64,000 nt of DNA from Lama guanicoe. Its lineage: Eukaryota. Made by a program: the position numbers and the translations under genes. The stretch is taken from contig MU053588.1 in NCBI GenBank assembly GCA_013239625.1, positions 273,988 to 337,987 on the forward strand, given 5' to 3'. The notes under the pieces are model-generated. The model was not told where the DNA came from, did not search any database, and saw only the letters and a list, made by a program, of their open reading frames with translations. Shown here piece by piece: positions 28,230 to 40,289 of the stretch; the stretch's first letter is position 1, and every line of letters begins with the position of its first letter.

Positions 28230-30263
28230 TACTTCCTCTAGTAGTTCAATCCAACAATCATTCAACACCATCGGGAACTTCCACTCCTTCGTTCTACCAA
28301 TTATTCATTGCCCCTCACCCCCTTCCTATCCTTACTTTTCTACTTACTTGGCCTGGAATTCATGGTCAATCAGTACAATTAATTCTTGCTAACTTAGACT
28401 TCCTTGCCTCTCTCTCACATTGTTCTGAGTTCATGAGACAAATACTCTGGTTAAACCTAACTCTCCCCTACCCTTTCTGTGGCTACAACCATACAGATGA
28501 ACACTGCAGGAGAAAATTTTTAAACCACGTAGAATAGGCTCACTTTAAATTCACAAAAACTAACGTCAAGTAGGTCTTCAATGCTGCCTGGAAATCATAT
28601 TATATTTCTCTACTCTATTCTCTGTCCCATTCTCCTAAGTGATTATTTTATTCTTTTGCTCTCTTAACATTTGCTCTGGCTACAAGTCTATAGCATTTCT
28701 CCCCTTTCTCTTCTGCTTCATCAAGTTTCTCTCTCTGTTGAACCATTTCAATCAGTATATCAACAGAGTTATGATGTACCTCTTAACTTCATCTACTACT
28801 CTATTTCACTCCTTCCATTTAGGGAAAAACTTAGAGTTGTCTATACTTATTATCACAAATTCTTCTTCCCCAGTTCTCTCTTTAGACCCATACCCCACTG
28901 AAACTGCTCTTCAGGGTCGCCAACCAATTTTCAGGTTGCTAAATTCAATGTTCCTTTCTCAGTCTTCTTTTACTTGGCTGATCAGCAGCATCTGACACAG
29001 TTCTCATTAAAACACATTCTTCCCTTGGTTTCCAGGATATCATACTCACCTAGTTTCCTTCCAACCACTCTAGCTAGTCCCTTTCAGTCTCTTTTGCTGG
29101 TTCCTCCTCACTTCCCAGACCTCATGTTGAAGTGACCCAGAGATAAGTCCTTTACCTCTACCATTTGCCATCTTCCCTACCCTCTAAGTGATCTCATCTG
29201 GTCTACTGGCTTTAAATATCATCTATATTCTGCTAATTCCCAAATGTATGTCTCCAACCTAGGTCTCAGATCTTTCTTTTGAATTTCAGACTTGTACATC
29301 CCACTGCCAACTTCGTTTTTCCACCTGAATGTCTAATGGGCATCTCATATTTCACATACGATATTTCAAACTGAAATCTCACTATCTCTCTATGCCCCAA
29401 GTCAGTTTTCCCCACTTTCCCTTCTCAGTTAATAACTCCATTCTTCAAGTTGCTCAGATTAAAAAATAATGTGCCACCTTGTCACACTTACACTCCACAT
29501 CAGCTATCAGCAAATTATATCAGCTCCAACTTTAGATTATATCCAGTACATGAATACTTCTCACCACTTTTACTACTCTGGTCCAGGTCACCAACACCTT
29601 TTCCTCAAATTATCGCAATAGTTTCCTAATTGGTCTCTCTGCCTCTGCCCTTGTCCCGGCCCTCTTCCACTATTCTTCCCGTAATCCTCTAATCAGAGCA
29701 CAGAAATCCTCTTAAATTGTAAGCAGATAGTATCGTTCACATGTTTGAAACTCTACAACAGCTTCCCTTCTCATTCAGGGTAAAAGCCAAGATCATTAAT
29801 ATGACCCCTAAGGCCCAATGTGATCTGCTCTTCCGTCCACTTATCTTTCTTCTTCCATCTCTCACCACTCCCCCTCTCATCTGTTCTATTTCAGTGACAC
29901 CAGCCTCTTCATAATAGGCACATTCCCACCTCAGGGCCTTTATAACAGTTGCTCACTCTTCCCTCAATTATGTGTTACTATCTCCTTCACTTCCTTCATA
30001 TGTTATGTTTTCAGGTTGCCTTCCCTAGCAACTCCATCTAAAACTCCAGCTCTCATCCCTGATTTTGTATGTCATCCTGCTTTACTTCTTCTCTTAAAAT
30101 TTTTCACTATTTAATGTATATTTAATTTACTTACCTCATTTATTATCTGGCCCACAACAATGTAAGTACCATGACAGCAGAGAGTTTGTCTTTCTTGCCC
30201 AATGTTATATCCCAAGCATCTATAATTATTCCTGTCACAGTGGTGAGTGGATAAATGAATAAA
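28230..30263 (+). mobile_element. LINE-2 (L2a-like), ~2 kb
   Basis: Pyrimidine-rich L2 ORF-derived text (ccccactgaaactgctctt; tcagcagcatctgacacagtt; ggctttaaatatcatctata) ending in an L2 tail ...aatgaataaat. Confidence 0.8.
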
Positions 30264-30580
30264 TCCTTAATACCCAAAGAACCTGGAAAAGAAATTTGAA
30301 AACAGAACACTGCTTTAGAAAAATACTTTAGAAAACATATAATTCTTAAAAAAAGATTTTTTAAATGCTTGACTTCAGTAGTAATCAAACAAATACAAAT
30401 TAAGGAAATTATTTTACATCTGTGAGGTTAACAAAGATTACTAATATTAATGATAACCATTGTTATCAAAGGTGTCTGAATATAGGCAATCTTATACTAC
30501 ACCAATAATACTATAGATCATTGGAAACTTATAGGAGAATAATTGGATAGACGTAGGGCAACTTTTAATAAGTATATACA

Positions 30581-31404
30581 GATTTGGGTCTTTGTGTTCG
30601 GTGGCTCCTCAAAGTGAGAAAACTCAGGAACTCAGAGGCCGTGAGCTGGAGGATTGGTGGTGGGGATGGGAGCAGGTGAGGTGAAGGAGAATGCGCCAGA
30701 GCTGTGGCTTCTCCTTCCCCTTTCTTCTGAGGCAAATCTTAGTTATGCAAAGTAAAGTTTAGCTGCCATAAGCAGGAGGTCTTAATCAAAGGTTAATGGG
30801 GGGGGGGGATGTTGAGCAGTTTTGAGTGAAGAGATGACTCCTTTAGGCCTTTTGGGGAGAATTTTCCTCCTCTATCCCCACCTCTGCCCCCACCCTCTAA
30901 AAGCTTCCAGATAGCGTCTCCTGGAAGAGAGGGGAGTTTTACCCAAATCTTAAGTGATTCTACACCTGAAAGGAAAGGGGTGGTGTTTGTGGTAAGAGAG
31001 GAGGCTGGGTGGGGGGGTTGTGGTGGAATAACCATCCTCCTACCCTCAACACAACCACACTTCCCTCACCTGATTGGGGGTGGGTGGTGATGGCTGGCAG
31101 GGTTCCAGCTAGTTTAGAAAGGTTTTCTCCTTTTTTCCCCCTTCTAGGATTTTAAGTTTGAGAGGGGGTTTTGGGGAGAAAAGGGGGAATTTGCATGTAA
31201 ATCTCCTGGGCCTGGTCCTGGATGAAGGATCAATTATTTCTATAGTCTCTCGGAGGCGGGAGGGGGACTTAAAAAGAAGAAATAAATTTGAGTTTAGAAA
31301 ACTCCTTTGCTTCTCAGTATGGGCCAAATCCTCCAGCCTGGTGAGCTGTTTCCTGATCCGATCAAGAAAATGATTGCTTTAAAAACAAAAACAGAACAAC
31401 AAGA
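30581..31404 (+). pseudogene. TSD-flanked retroposed insert of unidentified, non-repeat G-rich RNA
   Basis: TSD AATAAG(T/C)ATATACA at 30567-30580 / 31405-31418; A-rich tail 31381-31404; interrupts an L1ME-like sequence that rejoins cleanly across the TSD. Confidence 0.7.
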
Positions 31405-32049
31405 AATAAGCATATACATTTTGACCTATCAATTCCAGTTTTAAGACCCTACCCCTCCCCTCCTCAAATTAAGAAAGTGCCTTACAACATGTGCCAAATA
31501 GCTGCTAATAAACACATTCTTCATAATAGCAAGAAACTGAAAAGAACCAAATTACCGATCAATAGGGGTAAATGCACTAAGTGTATGCCATAAAAAACTT
31601 TAAAATGATGGCGTAGATTTATAATTGTTTAAATGTAAAGATATTAATTGTGTACTGTTAAATGACATAGGTAGGTTACAGTTCTGTACGTATAGTGTGA
31701 TTCCAATTTTTAAGCTACTATGCATATATAATAAATGAATGCATATGTATGTATTCACAGAAGGAGGGGGAAAAGATGGTAAATGAATTTTGACAGTGGC
31801 TGGTAGAAGTATGAATGATTTTTGTTTTCCAGGGGCATTTCTGTGATTTGGGGCGGGGAGTGGGGGGAGGCAGGGAGCATGAAATTAGTAAGCACACAAA
31901 GTGGCCGATACACGAAAATAAAACTTGAAATAAATAAATGCTAAAACAAAGTGTTGGAGCTATTGTCTCATATAAATACATATTTCCGATTACCGTAATT
32001 GCAGAAATGAAGCACTGATACAAACTGGTATCGCAAAGCTACACACACC

Positions 32050-33170
32050 ACCGAACTCTACCGGAGTTTCTCACTCACTACAGTCACACACGTTCGCAAC
32101 CACGTTCACTGCGACAGAGAAGGAAAAAGCAAAGCCACAAAATTTGCTTACCCACAGAATTCCACGGCCACACTCGGTCACAGGCAAGTGTCTGGCAAAT
32201 AAGGTACTATCTAGCCACACGCTCACAGTCCTTCACACGCTGCTCCCGCGGCCTCAGGGAACCACCCGCACCGGCAAAGCCGTGCCCGGCGTCCTCCTCC
32301 AGCCACACAGGCACGGGGTCCGCAGGCCCCTACTCCACCCAGCACAAAGAGTCCCGGACTCCGAGCTCGCCGCTTCCCGAGGACTCACCACCGAGCCCGC
32401 GGGCACAGGCCCCTGTCCCACACCTCAACGCCGCCCAGGTGGCACCGGCGGTGCCGCCCGAGGTGAGGGGGCCACTGAGGTCAGCGCCCGCTGTGGCGAG
32501 GGCAGCACGAGCCTTGGTCCGTTAGGCGCAGGATAACACTTCCCAGAGGCCCCCGCGGCTCGCCGGGGCGGGGCTGGCCTTCCTGTGGGCGGGGAGTGGG
32601 AACCGCCAGCCGCGGCGTCCGGGCGTTCGGGTGCGCTGAGGGGGCTCAGCTGAGCATTTTCCCGCAGCTGCCTTTCGTTAAGTGCAGCACTCGGACCCTA
32701 CGAATGCTACCTGGTGCTGAGAAGACTCTGAAAAGGTCCGCCGCTTTCCTGCTCCGGACTACATTTCCCAGAGGCCTTAACGGCCCAAATTTATTTTCTG
32801 CAAAAAGTCGCTTCCTCCTTACAGTTGGCTGGATTTTCGGGTTCTCAACGTTAAGGTGCCTGGTCAGGGAAGGAAGTGCCGCTGTATCGGTTTAGTTCGG
32901 TCTGGTCCCGGTTCCACCCGGGACTGGACTTCAGTGGGGTGAAGATGGAGAAAGATCAGGCACCGGGGCGAGACGAGATGGGCCAGCCCGAGCCTCAGGT
33001 CGTTAAAGGGAGGGGTGCCGTTGCGTGAGCGCGTGGGGGAGAGTTCAGCCGTGGAATCTGGGGAGCCTCCGGGGTCGTGAGACTCTGAGGTCCATTGACT
33101 TTGGGGTCGTGCGAATTTGCGACCGTTTGTGTTAGCATCGTCGCGTCCTCTGTTCTAGTGACCTCTTGTT
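32050..33170. promoter_or_regulatory. CpG island / promoter 1 (ZNF569 5' end, probably bidirectional)
   Basis: Abrupt rise in GC and CpG. GC box GGGGCGGGGC at 32565-32574; ACTACATTTCCCAGAGGCC (ZNF143 SBS with ACTACA extension) at 32758-32776; second SBS-like TTCCCAGAGGCC at ~32540-32551; ETS-like GGAAGTG at ~32872. Confidence 0.88.
32389..32530 (-). other. ZNF569: Probable non-coding first exon of ZNF569 (5' boundary approximate)
   Basis: Minus-strand donor TG|GTGAGT at 32388-32383 inside the CpG island, followed (in transcript direction) by GT-rich sequence like a KZNF intron 1. Confidence 0.55.
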
Positions 33171-34119
33171 TCTGACCCTGCAGTTTTCCCAGTGTGCTTG
33201 TGTCCATTCTTTGTAGATGTTTCTGCTTTTCTAGCGGACACCTGTTGCAATATTGAAACTTAACAGGTTAAATCAATAAACCAGACTCACCAAAATATGA
33301 AATGGAAAAAAATTAGAGATTTGTGAGTGTGTATTACTGGAAGCACCCATGCTTTTTTTTTAACACTGTTACTCCACGTTCGGTGTGTGCTACACGGACA
33401 AAGGTGATACAGGTAATTTAGAAAGATGTTGTTGAAGAAGGCAAAGACATTGAGCCATGAAATGAAAGTTTATGTCAATAATTCAAATAGCCCCGACGTC
33501 AAGAGGGAAAAGTGGAAGGGGAAAAGTAGAGAAGGAACCAGGAACAAAAACCTAAGAATCACACCTGCCCCAAAGACCTGATAATTATTTTGATCATTTC
33601 ATGTGAGTTCTGCTCTGACTTAAGAAGAATCAAAAAATAATTCACAATGAAAGTCGAAGACTCACTGCAATGATTTTGCAATAGAGACCAACATGGAGAA
33701 AATATCTATGAAAACACTATTCTGTGCTTTTGTGCTATGGTATGTTAACAGAACAAAATACTGCAGACTACAGCATGCTAAACATCAGGAACTTACAGTC
33801 GTTGAAGGTATCAGAGAGGCTTCTGGCTCATAAACTTACCAGGAAGGTATACTAAGCCCATAGGACTGTTATCTCTAGGAAGCAATAGAAGACAGTCTTC
33901 CTTTCTCACTAGATGATAATGGGCACTGTTTCAGAGTAGTGTGAATCTGTTTCTGGGAAGGGAAAAGGGGCTCCCAAACACTGCATAGAGAGAACATATC
34001 CTATAAATAAATTTTGCTTAGTCTTACATGTCTTTACCAACAATCCTTTTTTTTCTGTCTACTATAAGAATTATTTTTTTGCTAATTATTTTGTTAAGAG
34101 GTGAGAAGAGAACAGAGTT

Positions 34120-35660
34120 GGTTGTTCTATGTCCATCCAGCTTCCTGATTTCCTTTTTGATACTTGTAGATTTGTCTATTTCTGCTTTTATTTCTGTTAA
34201 GCTTTGCTTTATATATTTTAAAGTGCTCTTATGATACATATTTAGAGTTGTAATAGTTTCCTGTTGGATTGATCCAATAGGAAATTATGGAATTTACTTT
34301 TTATTTATAATACTGCTTTTTGTCTCAATCTGTTTTTTTTCTGGATTAAGTTTTTTTGTATGTATATATTTTTTATTCAAGTATAGTCAGCTTACATGTC
34401 TTAATCTGTTTTGATATTACTATAGCTTCACCATCCTTCTTTTGGCTAGTGCATACTATTTTTTTCTACCTTTTTGCTTTTAATCTGTTTTATTTTTAAA
34501 GTCTCTTATTAAACAGTATTATTTTTAAAATAAATAATGACAATCTTACTCATTAATTTGACATATTTAGTGAATTTACATTTAATGTAGTTGGGTTTCG
34601 GTCTACCACCTTAGAATTTATTTTCTTTTGGGCCTACCTTTTTCAAATTTTTAACTTCTTATTTTGAAGTAATTCTGGATTCTCATGCAGTTACAAGAAA
34701 TAATTCAAAGAGATCCCATGTACCCTTTATCCAATTTCCTCCAATGGTAATATCTTGCAATACTCTATACAGCGTCACAACTTTGCCATCGATACTTTCT
34801 GGATATTTCCATCATCACAAGACTCCTTCATGTTGTCCTTTTACAGCCACATCTACTTCCCTTCTTCCTTCAGCCCCCTCCTTAAGACCTGGCAGCCCTA
34901 ATCTGTTCTCCATTTCCATAATTTTACCTTTCAAGAATGTTATGTAAATGGAATTATAAAGTATGTAACTGGGGTATTAACTTTTTGACTCAGCATAATC
35001 CCCTGGAGATTCATACATGTTGTTACATGTGTAAGTAATTCATTCCTTTTGTTGCTGAGTAGAATTCCATGAGGATATAACACGGTTTGTTTAGCCATTC
35101 ACTAACTGAAGGACATATGGGTTGTTTCCAACTTTTGGCTGTTGTAACTAAAGCTACTATGTACATTCATAGACATTCGTGTGTGTGTGAAAATAAAATT
35201 TCATTTCAAAGAGTTTTAGAAGGAATTTGTCCATTTATTTTTTTCAAAAAAACCTATCTGGAATTTTCACTGAGATTGTACTGACTATATAGATCAATTG
35301 AGGACAGTTGAATCTTTAAAATAGTGAATCTCATAATTGTGAGGCACAATATATATCTTCATTTATTTAGATCTTCTTTAATTCCTCTCAGCAATATTTT
35401 ATAGTTTGTAATGTACAAGTAATGAAATCTTTTGTCAGATTTACCCCTAAGTATTTCAGAGTTTTTGATGCATTGTAAATGGTACTTTTTAAAATTTCAA
35501 TTTCTAATTGTTCATTGCCAGTATATAAGAAATACAATAGATTTTTGTACCTTGTAGTCTGTTGCCTTGCTAAACTCACCTAGTATTTCTACTACAGTTG
35601 TGGAGGTTCCATTGGATGGTCTATATAGATGATTATGTCATCTGTGAAAAAAGACAGTGG
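34120..35660 (-). mobile_element. Old LINE-1 fragments (EN region, an L1MC/MD 3' end, ORF2); ORF2 resumes at ~37800-38400
   Basis: gatttgtctatttctgcttttatttctg; cagcataatcccctggagattcat; gattatgtcatctgtgaa..gacagt continuing after the nested inserts as ttgaacagaagtggagacagtgg. Confidence 0.72.
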
Positions 35661-36016
35661 CATCTATTCCTATTATGACCTGCAGGTACAGGATGGACCT
35701 TCACCCAAAATTTGGTTGGGGAGTGGGGACTGATGAGGCCACACACACACACACACACCAAGAGGGTATGAAAAGTTTCACTGCTCATACAGTGAAGCTT
35801 TCTAGGAAATGCAAGGCAGTATTCCCAAGAAAGTCCGCAAATGGTTTGCAAGAGCAAGGAAAGGAAATGGTGTGCAGTTTTTATGGCAGATTCTTTGTGG
35901 TTTAAATCTCCTGTAGACTAGTTTAAATCTTTTGCTTATGTCAAAAGAGAGCGCCTGAGCTTGCCCAGATTGAGGGCACAATAGAAAGAAAGCATGAAGG
36001 TCAAAGCTATGAGCAG

Positions 36017-37597
36017 CTTCCTCTGCGGCTTCTAAGGCTGCTTGTGTGCATGTCTGGTGAGGATCTGGTGGTTCAGCCACTGGGAAGACCCCAGAGATTG
36101 CCATGGCTGACAAATAGACCAAGGAAGTAGTCAAGACAGAGAACCACGGTCATATTAATTTGAAGGTAGCAGGACAGGGTGGTTCTGTGGTGCAGTTTAA
36201 GCGTAAGAGGCATACACCACTTAGTACAAATGAAAGCCTACTGGGAACAATAGGGTTTGTCAAGTAGGCAAATCAAAATCCAATATGATGAACAGCCAAT
36301 CAACAAAGCAGACTCACCTACACAGAAATGGAGGATGGAGATAGAACTGATGTGTTCCAGTAGCAGAAAAGAGGTGTCTACCAAAAAAGAAACCTGCCAT
36401 TTTACTCCCAAACTCTGATCCTACAGACAAAGAGGATATTCTCAATTAGAAGAATGCAATTTGGTTCCACCGCATCCTGACTGCCACAATACAGTTATCT
36501 TTCCTCTTCCCCATTCCTTTATTATACATAAAGTAACTGGTGTATGCACAAGCATATTGCTTTTTTAAAAATTATGGTATGTTTTTGTTACAGCAGGCAG
36601 ATAGCTAGATATGAGCAGAGAAAGGGGGACACAGACCAACTGGCTGGAATTAGGCAGAAAGGAGGGGCACAGGCCAAATGCAGGAAACCACACATCATGT
36701 GAGCAGCAGGGATCCTTGGGCAGAGAAAGAAAAGCTGGAATCTTTGGGCTGATAAGGGACCACACCTTTTGGCCTGGAGACCAACAAAGAAAGGTCAGAA
36801 AAGGCAGGAATTTCCAGTGTCCGAATGTAAACTTTTACTCATTATGCCCTCATTTCAATAAAATTAGCCTTCCAGATCAGAAGTACCCATCATGCACTGA
36901 CGCCATGACACTTCCGATCCAGACTAAATAAGGACAAAAATCCCTCCTCCCTTTGGGAAGGTGGAGTTGGGATGATAATCAGGGAATACGACCCCAAACC
37001 CTTCCCTCCCCAATGAATATTCCGCCCATTCATTTTTACACCCTATGTAACTAACTTGCCAAAGAAACTCAGGGCAGCTGCTCACCTGAGCCTGTCTGCT
37101 CTTCCCTGAGAGTGTACTATTCATCCTTTAATAAATCCTCACTTTAGCTTTTTAACCTCTAAGTCTTGTCTCTGAATTCTTTCTGGGACGGGTCAAGAGC
37201 CTGGAACACCGGTTGCATCTATCGGCGACATTTTGGTTAACATTAAATGGAAATGGATGAGGGAAGACACTGGTTCTGTGAAAATACCCCTTTTCCATTA
37301 GTGGCATACTTGGTCAGCTCTTATCTTTATATTCTAATAAGTTATTTTGCTCTCACTAACAACAAAAAAAGGAATATAAAAATCCTTGCATACTTTGTTC
37401 AACTGGAGAATTCTAATGTTCTTCATTTATCATTGTTAAACCAAGAACAATTTTAACGACTCTTTCGTATGTAAATGTTACAAGTAAGGCAGTCTTTTTA
37501 AAGTAGGGGTAAATTACTCTAAAAGAAGTGAATCCTAGATAGTTTTCCCCTCAAGTAAAGCACCTGTTGTTTAAATAAACCTCTTGGTTTTTCTTTT
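36017..37597 (+). pseudogene. SUMO2: SUMO2 processed pseudogene (5'UTR, disabled CDS 36103-36384, full 3'UTR interrupted by an LTR)
   Basis: Intronless ATGGCTGACAAATAG..AAGGAAGTAGTCAAGACAGAGAAC..CATATTAATTTGAAGGT..GGTTCTGTGGTGCAGTTTAAG..AAGAGGCATACACCACTTAGT; stop at codon 5, frameshifts, di-Gly lost; SUMO2-like 3'UTR to AATAAA at ~37574; TSD AAAGCTATGAGCAG / AAAGCTATAAACAG (36003-36016 / 37598-37611). Confidence 0.93.
36586..37230 (+). mobile_element. ERV1-class solo LTR (645 bp)
   Basis: TGTTAC...CGACA termini; 4-bp TSD TTTT on both sides; AATAAA at 37130-37135 followed by U5-like tctctgaattctttct; SUMO2 3'UTR (ggtatgtttt|ggttaac) rejoins across it. Confidence 0.87.
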
Positions 37598-39204
37598 AAA
37601 GCTATAAACAGGCAAACATGAAAAAATGATATAAGGGTTTTGTGAAGCTGTGTGTGAAGTCTCTACCTAATTAGTATACGCAGGCAAGACTGCACTGTCT
37701 TACAGATGTGTGGAGTAAGCTGTGGTGTAGTTTTTTGGCACATAATAAACACATTGCCGAAGAAAAAAAATTATATTAGGCTCTTTATCACACTATCAAA
37801 TTTATATGCTATTTATTTCTTCTTTCCTTGTTTCTCTGACCAAAACCTTCCACACAAGATTGAACAGAAGTGGAGACAGTGGCTATCTTTGCCATGTACC
37901 TGATCTTAGAAGGAAAGTATTCAATTTTGTACTATTAAGTGAAATGGTTTTTGGTAGATGGCCTTTATTGAGTCGAGGAAGATATTTTTTCTTTTTCTGA
38001 TATGTATTTATAAAGAATGGATGTTGAATTTTGTCAAATGCTCTTTCTGCATTTATTGAAATGGTAATATGTATTGTCTTTCTCTTTTAGTTTGTTGATA
38101 AGGTGAATTACACTGGTCTTCAAACCTTAAACAAATCTTACATTCTTTGGTTAAATACCACTTGGCCATTGTTGCTTTATCAATGTTATATCTTGTTGGA
38201 TTTAATTTGCTAAAATTTTATTAAGAGTTTTGGAAAATAGGTTCATGAGGGATACTAGTCTGTACCTTTTTTTGCGAGGGAGGGAGAGATGGGTATTGTT
38301 TTTGTCTAGATAACTCACAGAATGAATTTCCCTCTCTTCAATATTCTGGAAAAGTTTGTATGGAACTGTTATCATTTATTCCTTAAATGCTTAAGAGAAT
38401 TTTAAGTATTTAACAGAAATTAAAATTAAATAAAAATGTTTAATCTGATACCCTCTTAATTGGGATATTCAGATCATATATATATTTAAATTAACTAAAT
38501 TCCAGATTTTATTTGATGTTACCAGTTTTCTCACCAATATCCTTTTCCATTCCAGCACCCTACGTTGCATTTAGGTGTCTCACCTCCTTAGGCTTCTCTG
38601 GTCTGCCCATGTCTCCTATAACCTGGCACTTGTAAAAAAAAGTTCTGGTCAATTATTCTGTAAAACTTCCCTCAAGCTGGGTTTGTCTGATTTTTTTCTA
38701 ATGATTAGACAGGGATTATGGGGTTCAGGGGAACACCACAGAGGTGAAGTGCCTTTCTCATCATGTCATGTCATATCAGGTGATCCATGATTTCACACAC
38801 TTACTTCAAAAATAAAAACTGTTTAGTAAGGAAAATTCCATACATACACAAAAATAGCAAGAATAGAGTAAGTACTCATCACTGGGCTCCCGGTTATCAG
38901 TGTTTTGTCTCTGTTTCTGGGTGGCTTTTCATCGTGGTTGGAAGATGAGTTTTCCATCTCATCTTTCTTCCTTTTCCCTTCTCCTCTTTCCTTCCTCCTT
39001 CTTCTCTCATTTCTTCTTTTTCAAACAAAAAGACGACACTGATTAGCCATGGTGGGAATCTAGCTGGGACCTAGATGGAGGAGCATAAAGAATCTAGGCA
39101 AAATGTCCTCGTGCAGGAATCCCCGCTAATAATGGCCTTTTGGTCTTTGCTTCACTTCCAGTTTTACCTGAAGAGGTGACTGGACCATCCCAGGGTATCC
39201 TATT

Positions 39205-39720
39205 ATTAGTTTGGACTCTTTAGGATGTGAGTAAAAGGAACCTAACTCAAATTGTTTAAGCAAAAGATGGAAGTCACTGGCTCAGAAAATTAAAATCAAC
39301 TGAATTGGACTCAATCTTCTGGCTCACTCTGTGTCCCTTCCTTGCCACTTCCCAGCATTCCCCCTCTGTTACTGCCACCTGTGGTGCCAGGATTACTGCT
39401 GGAAGCATGTGCTGACCTCTCAGCTTCTCACTCACCCAGCTGTCGATTCTCCCCACAATCATTTCAATGCAACCCAAAGGAGTGAAATTCATTGGTAAAC
39501 CTGATTGCTTTCCTGCACCTCTTGAAACAACCATTGAGAATGTAATTCTTGATTGCCCAGGTTGAGGTCACAACCCGGTCTTGAGACTAAGAATCAGGTT
39601 AAGTCAGACCATATGGGCTGAATAAAGGAAAAGTTACTTCCCCTAAGGAAAACTGGGTTTGTGTTATAAAAAGAAGAGGGTGTGGATCTAGGGCATGAAA
39701 AACAATTCATATACTGTATT
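39205..39720 (-). mobile_element. Old MLT1-type LTR remnant
   Basis: ttagtttggactctt...aacctaactcaaattgtttaagcaaaa...tgattgcccaggttgaggtcac. Confidence 0.55.
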
Positions 39721-39899
39721 CCTCTGCTGACACCTTACTCACATCTTTCTTTTCCAGCTTTTCCTTTTTCCAACCCCTGCAGACGAGCCCACTCTCCCTC
39801 ATGTCCCTCACTGTTACCCCACCATGATTCTTTCAGAGCCCCTTTGCCTGTAGCCAGTGGTGTATCACATTACTGATGAGGTGGGTGTGGTCCACCCTA

Positions 39900-40012
39900 G
39901 GTGCATATGAGGTTGGATTTTCCTCATATACTTCAGCCTAAGCAATATATTGCAGCAGATTCAATGCAGAAGCAGATGTGAGACTCCAGCTATCTTCTAT
40001 GAAGCCAGATTG
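39900..40012. mobile_element. hAT-Charlie (MER33/Charlie1-like) fragment
   Basis: gcagattcaatgcagaagcagatgtgagactccagctatcttctatgaagccaga. Confidence 0.7.
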
Positions 40013-40289
40013 CTGCAAGTAATGAATCCTTCCTTATCCTGCTCTATGGCTTGGCTGTGTCTTTTGATTTGACACCCATCAAACCCAATTTTTCAGGTAC
40101 TCTGGCAGTAATACCACTTGGGAGTCCACTCACCTCTTTGGGCCATGCTTCCTCATTTGTGAGGTGTGGATCACAGTGCTTCTACATCCTGGGACTACTG
40201 GAGTGATTCACTCCACCCTCAGCCCTCCTGGATTGATGTTCTCCACCCAGCCAGTTCTGGGCACCAAGGAACCATCGGCTCCTCCAGCT

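Larger units (their letters stand above)
35676..37792 (-). mobile_element. MER76-like (ERVL-class) LTR split by the SUMO2 retrocopy (orientation tentative)
   Basis: TG...CA termini with near-TSD CTATTA / CTATCA; 5' text ggtacaggatggaccttcacccaaaatttggtt..gactgatgaggccacacacac..accaagagggtatgaaaag resembles recalled MER76 consensus. Confidence 0.55.

Noticed and set aside
33240..33950. Unassigned stretch with a faint resemblance to a decayed piggyBac-like transposase
   Set aside because: Only a few scattered residues resemble it, with no TIR/TTAA evidence. Cannot be supported without tBLASTn or an HMM search.
36103..36384. Functional SUMO paralog linked to KRAB/TRIM28 silencing
   Set aside because: TAG at codon 5, further stops and frameshifts, and loss of the C-terminal di-glycine.
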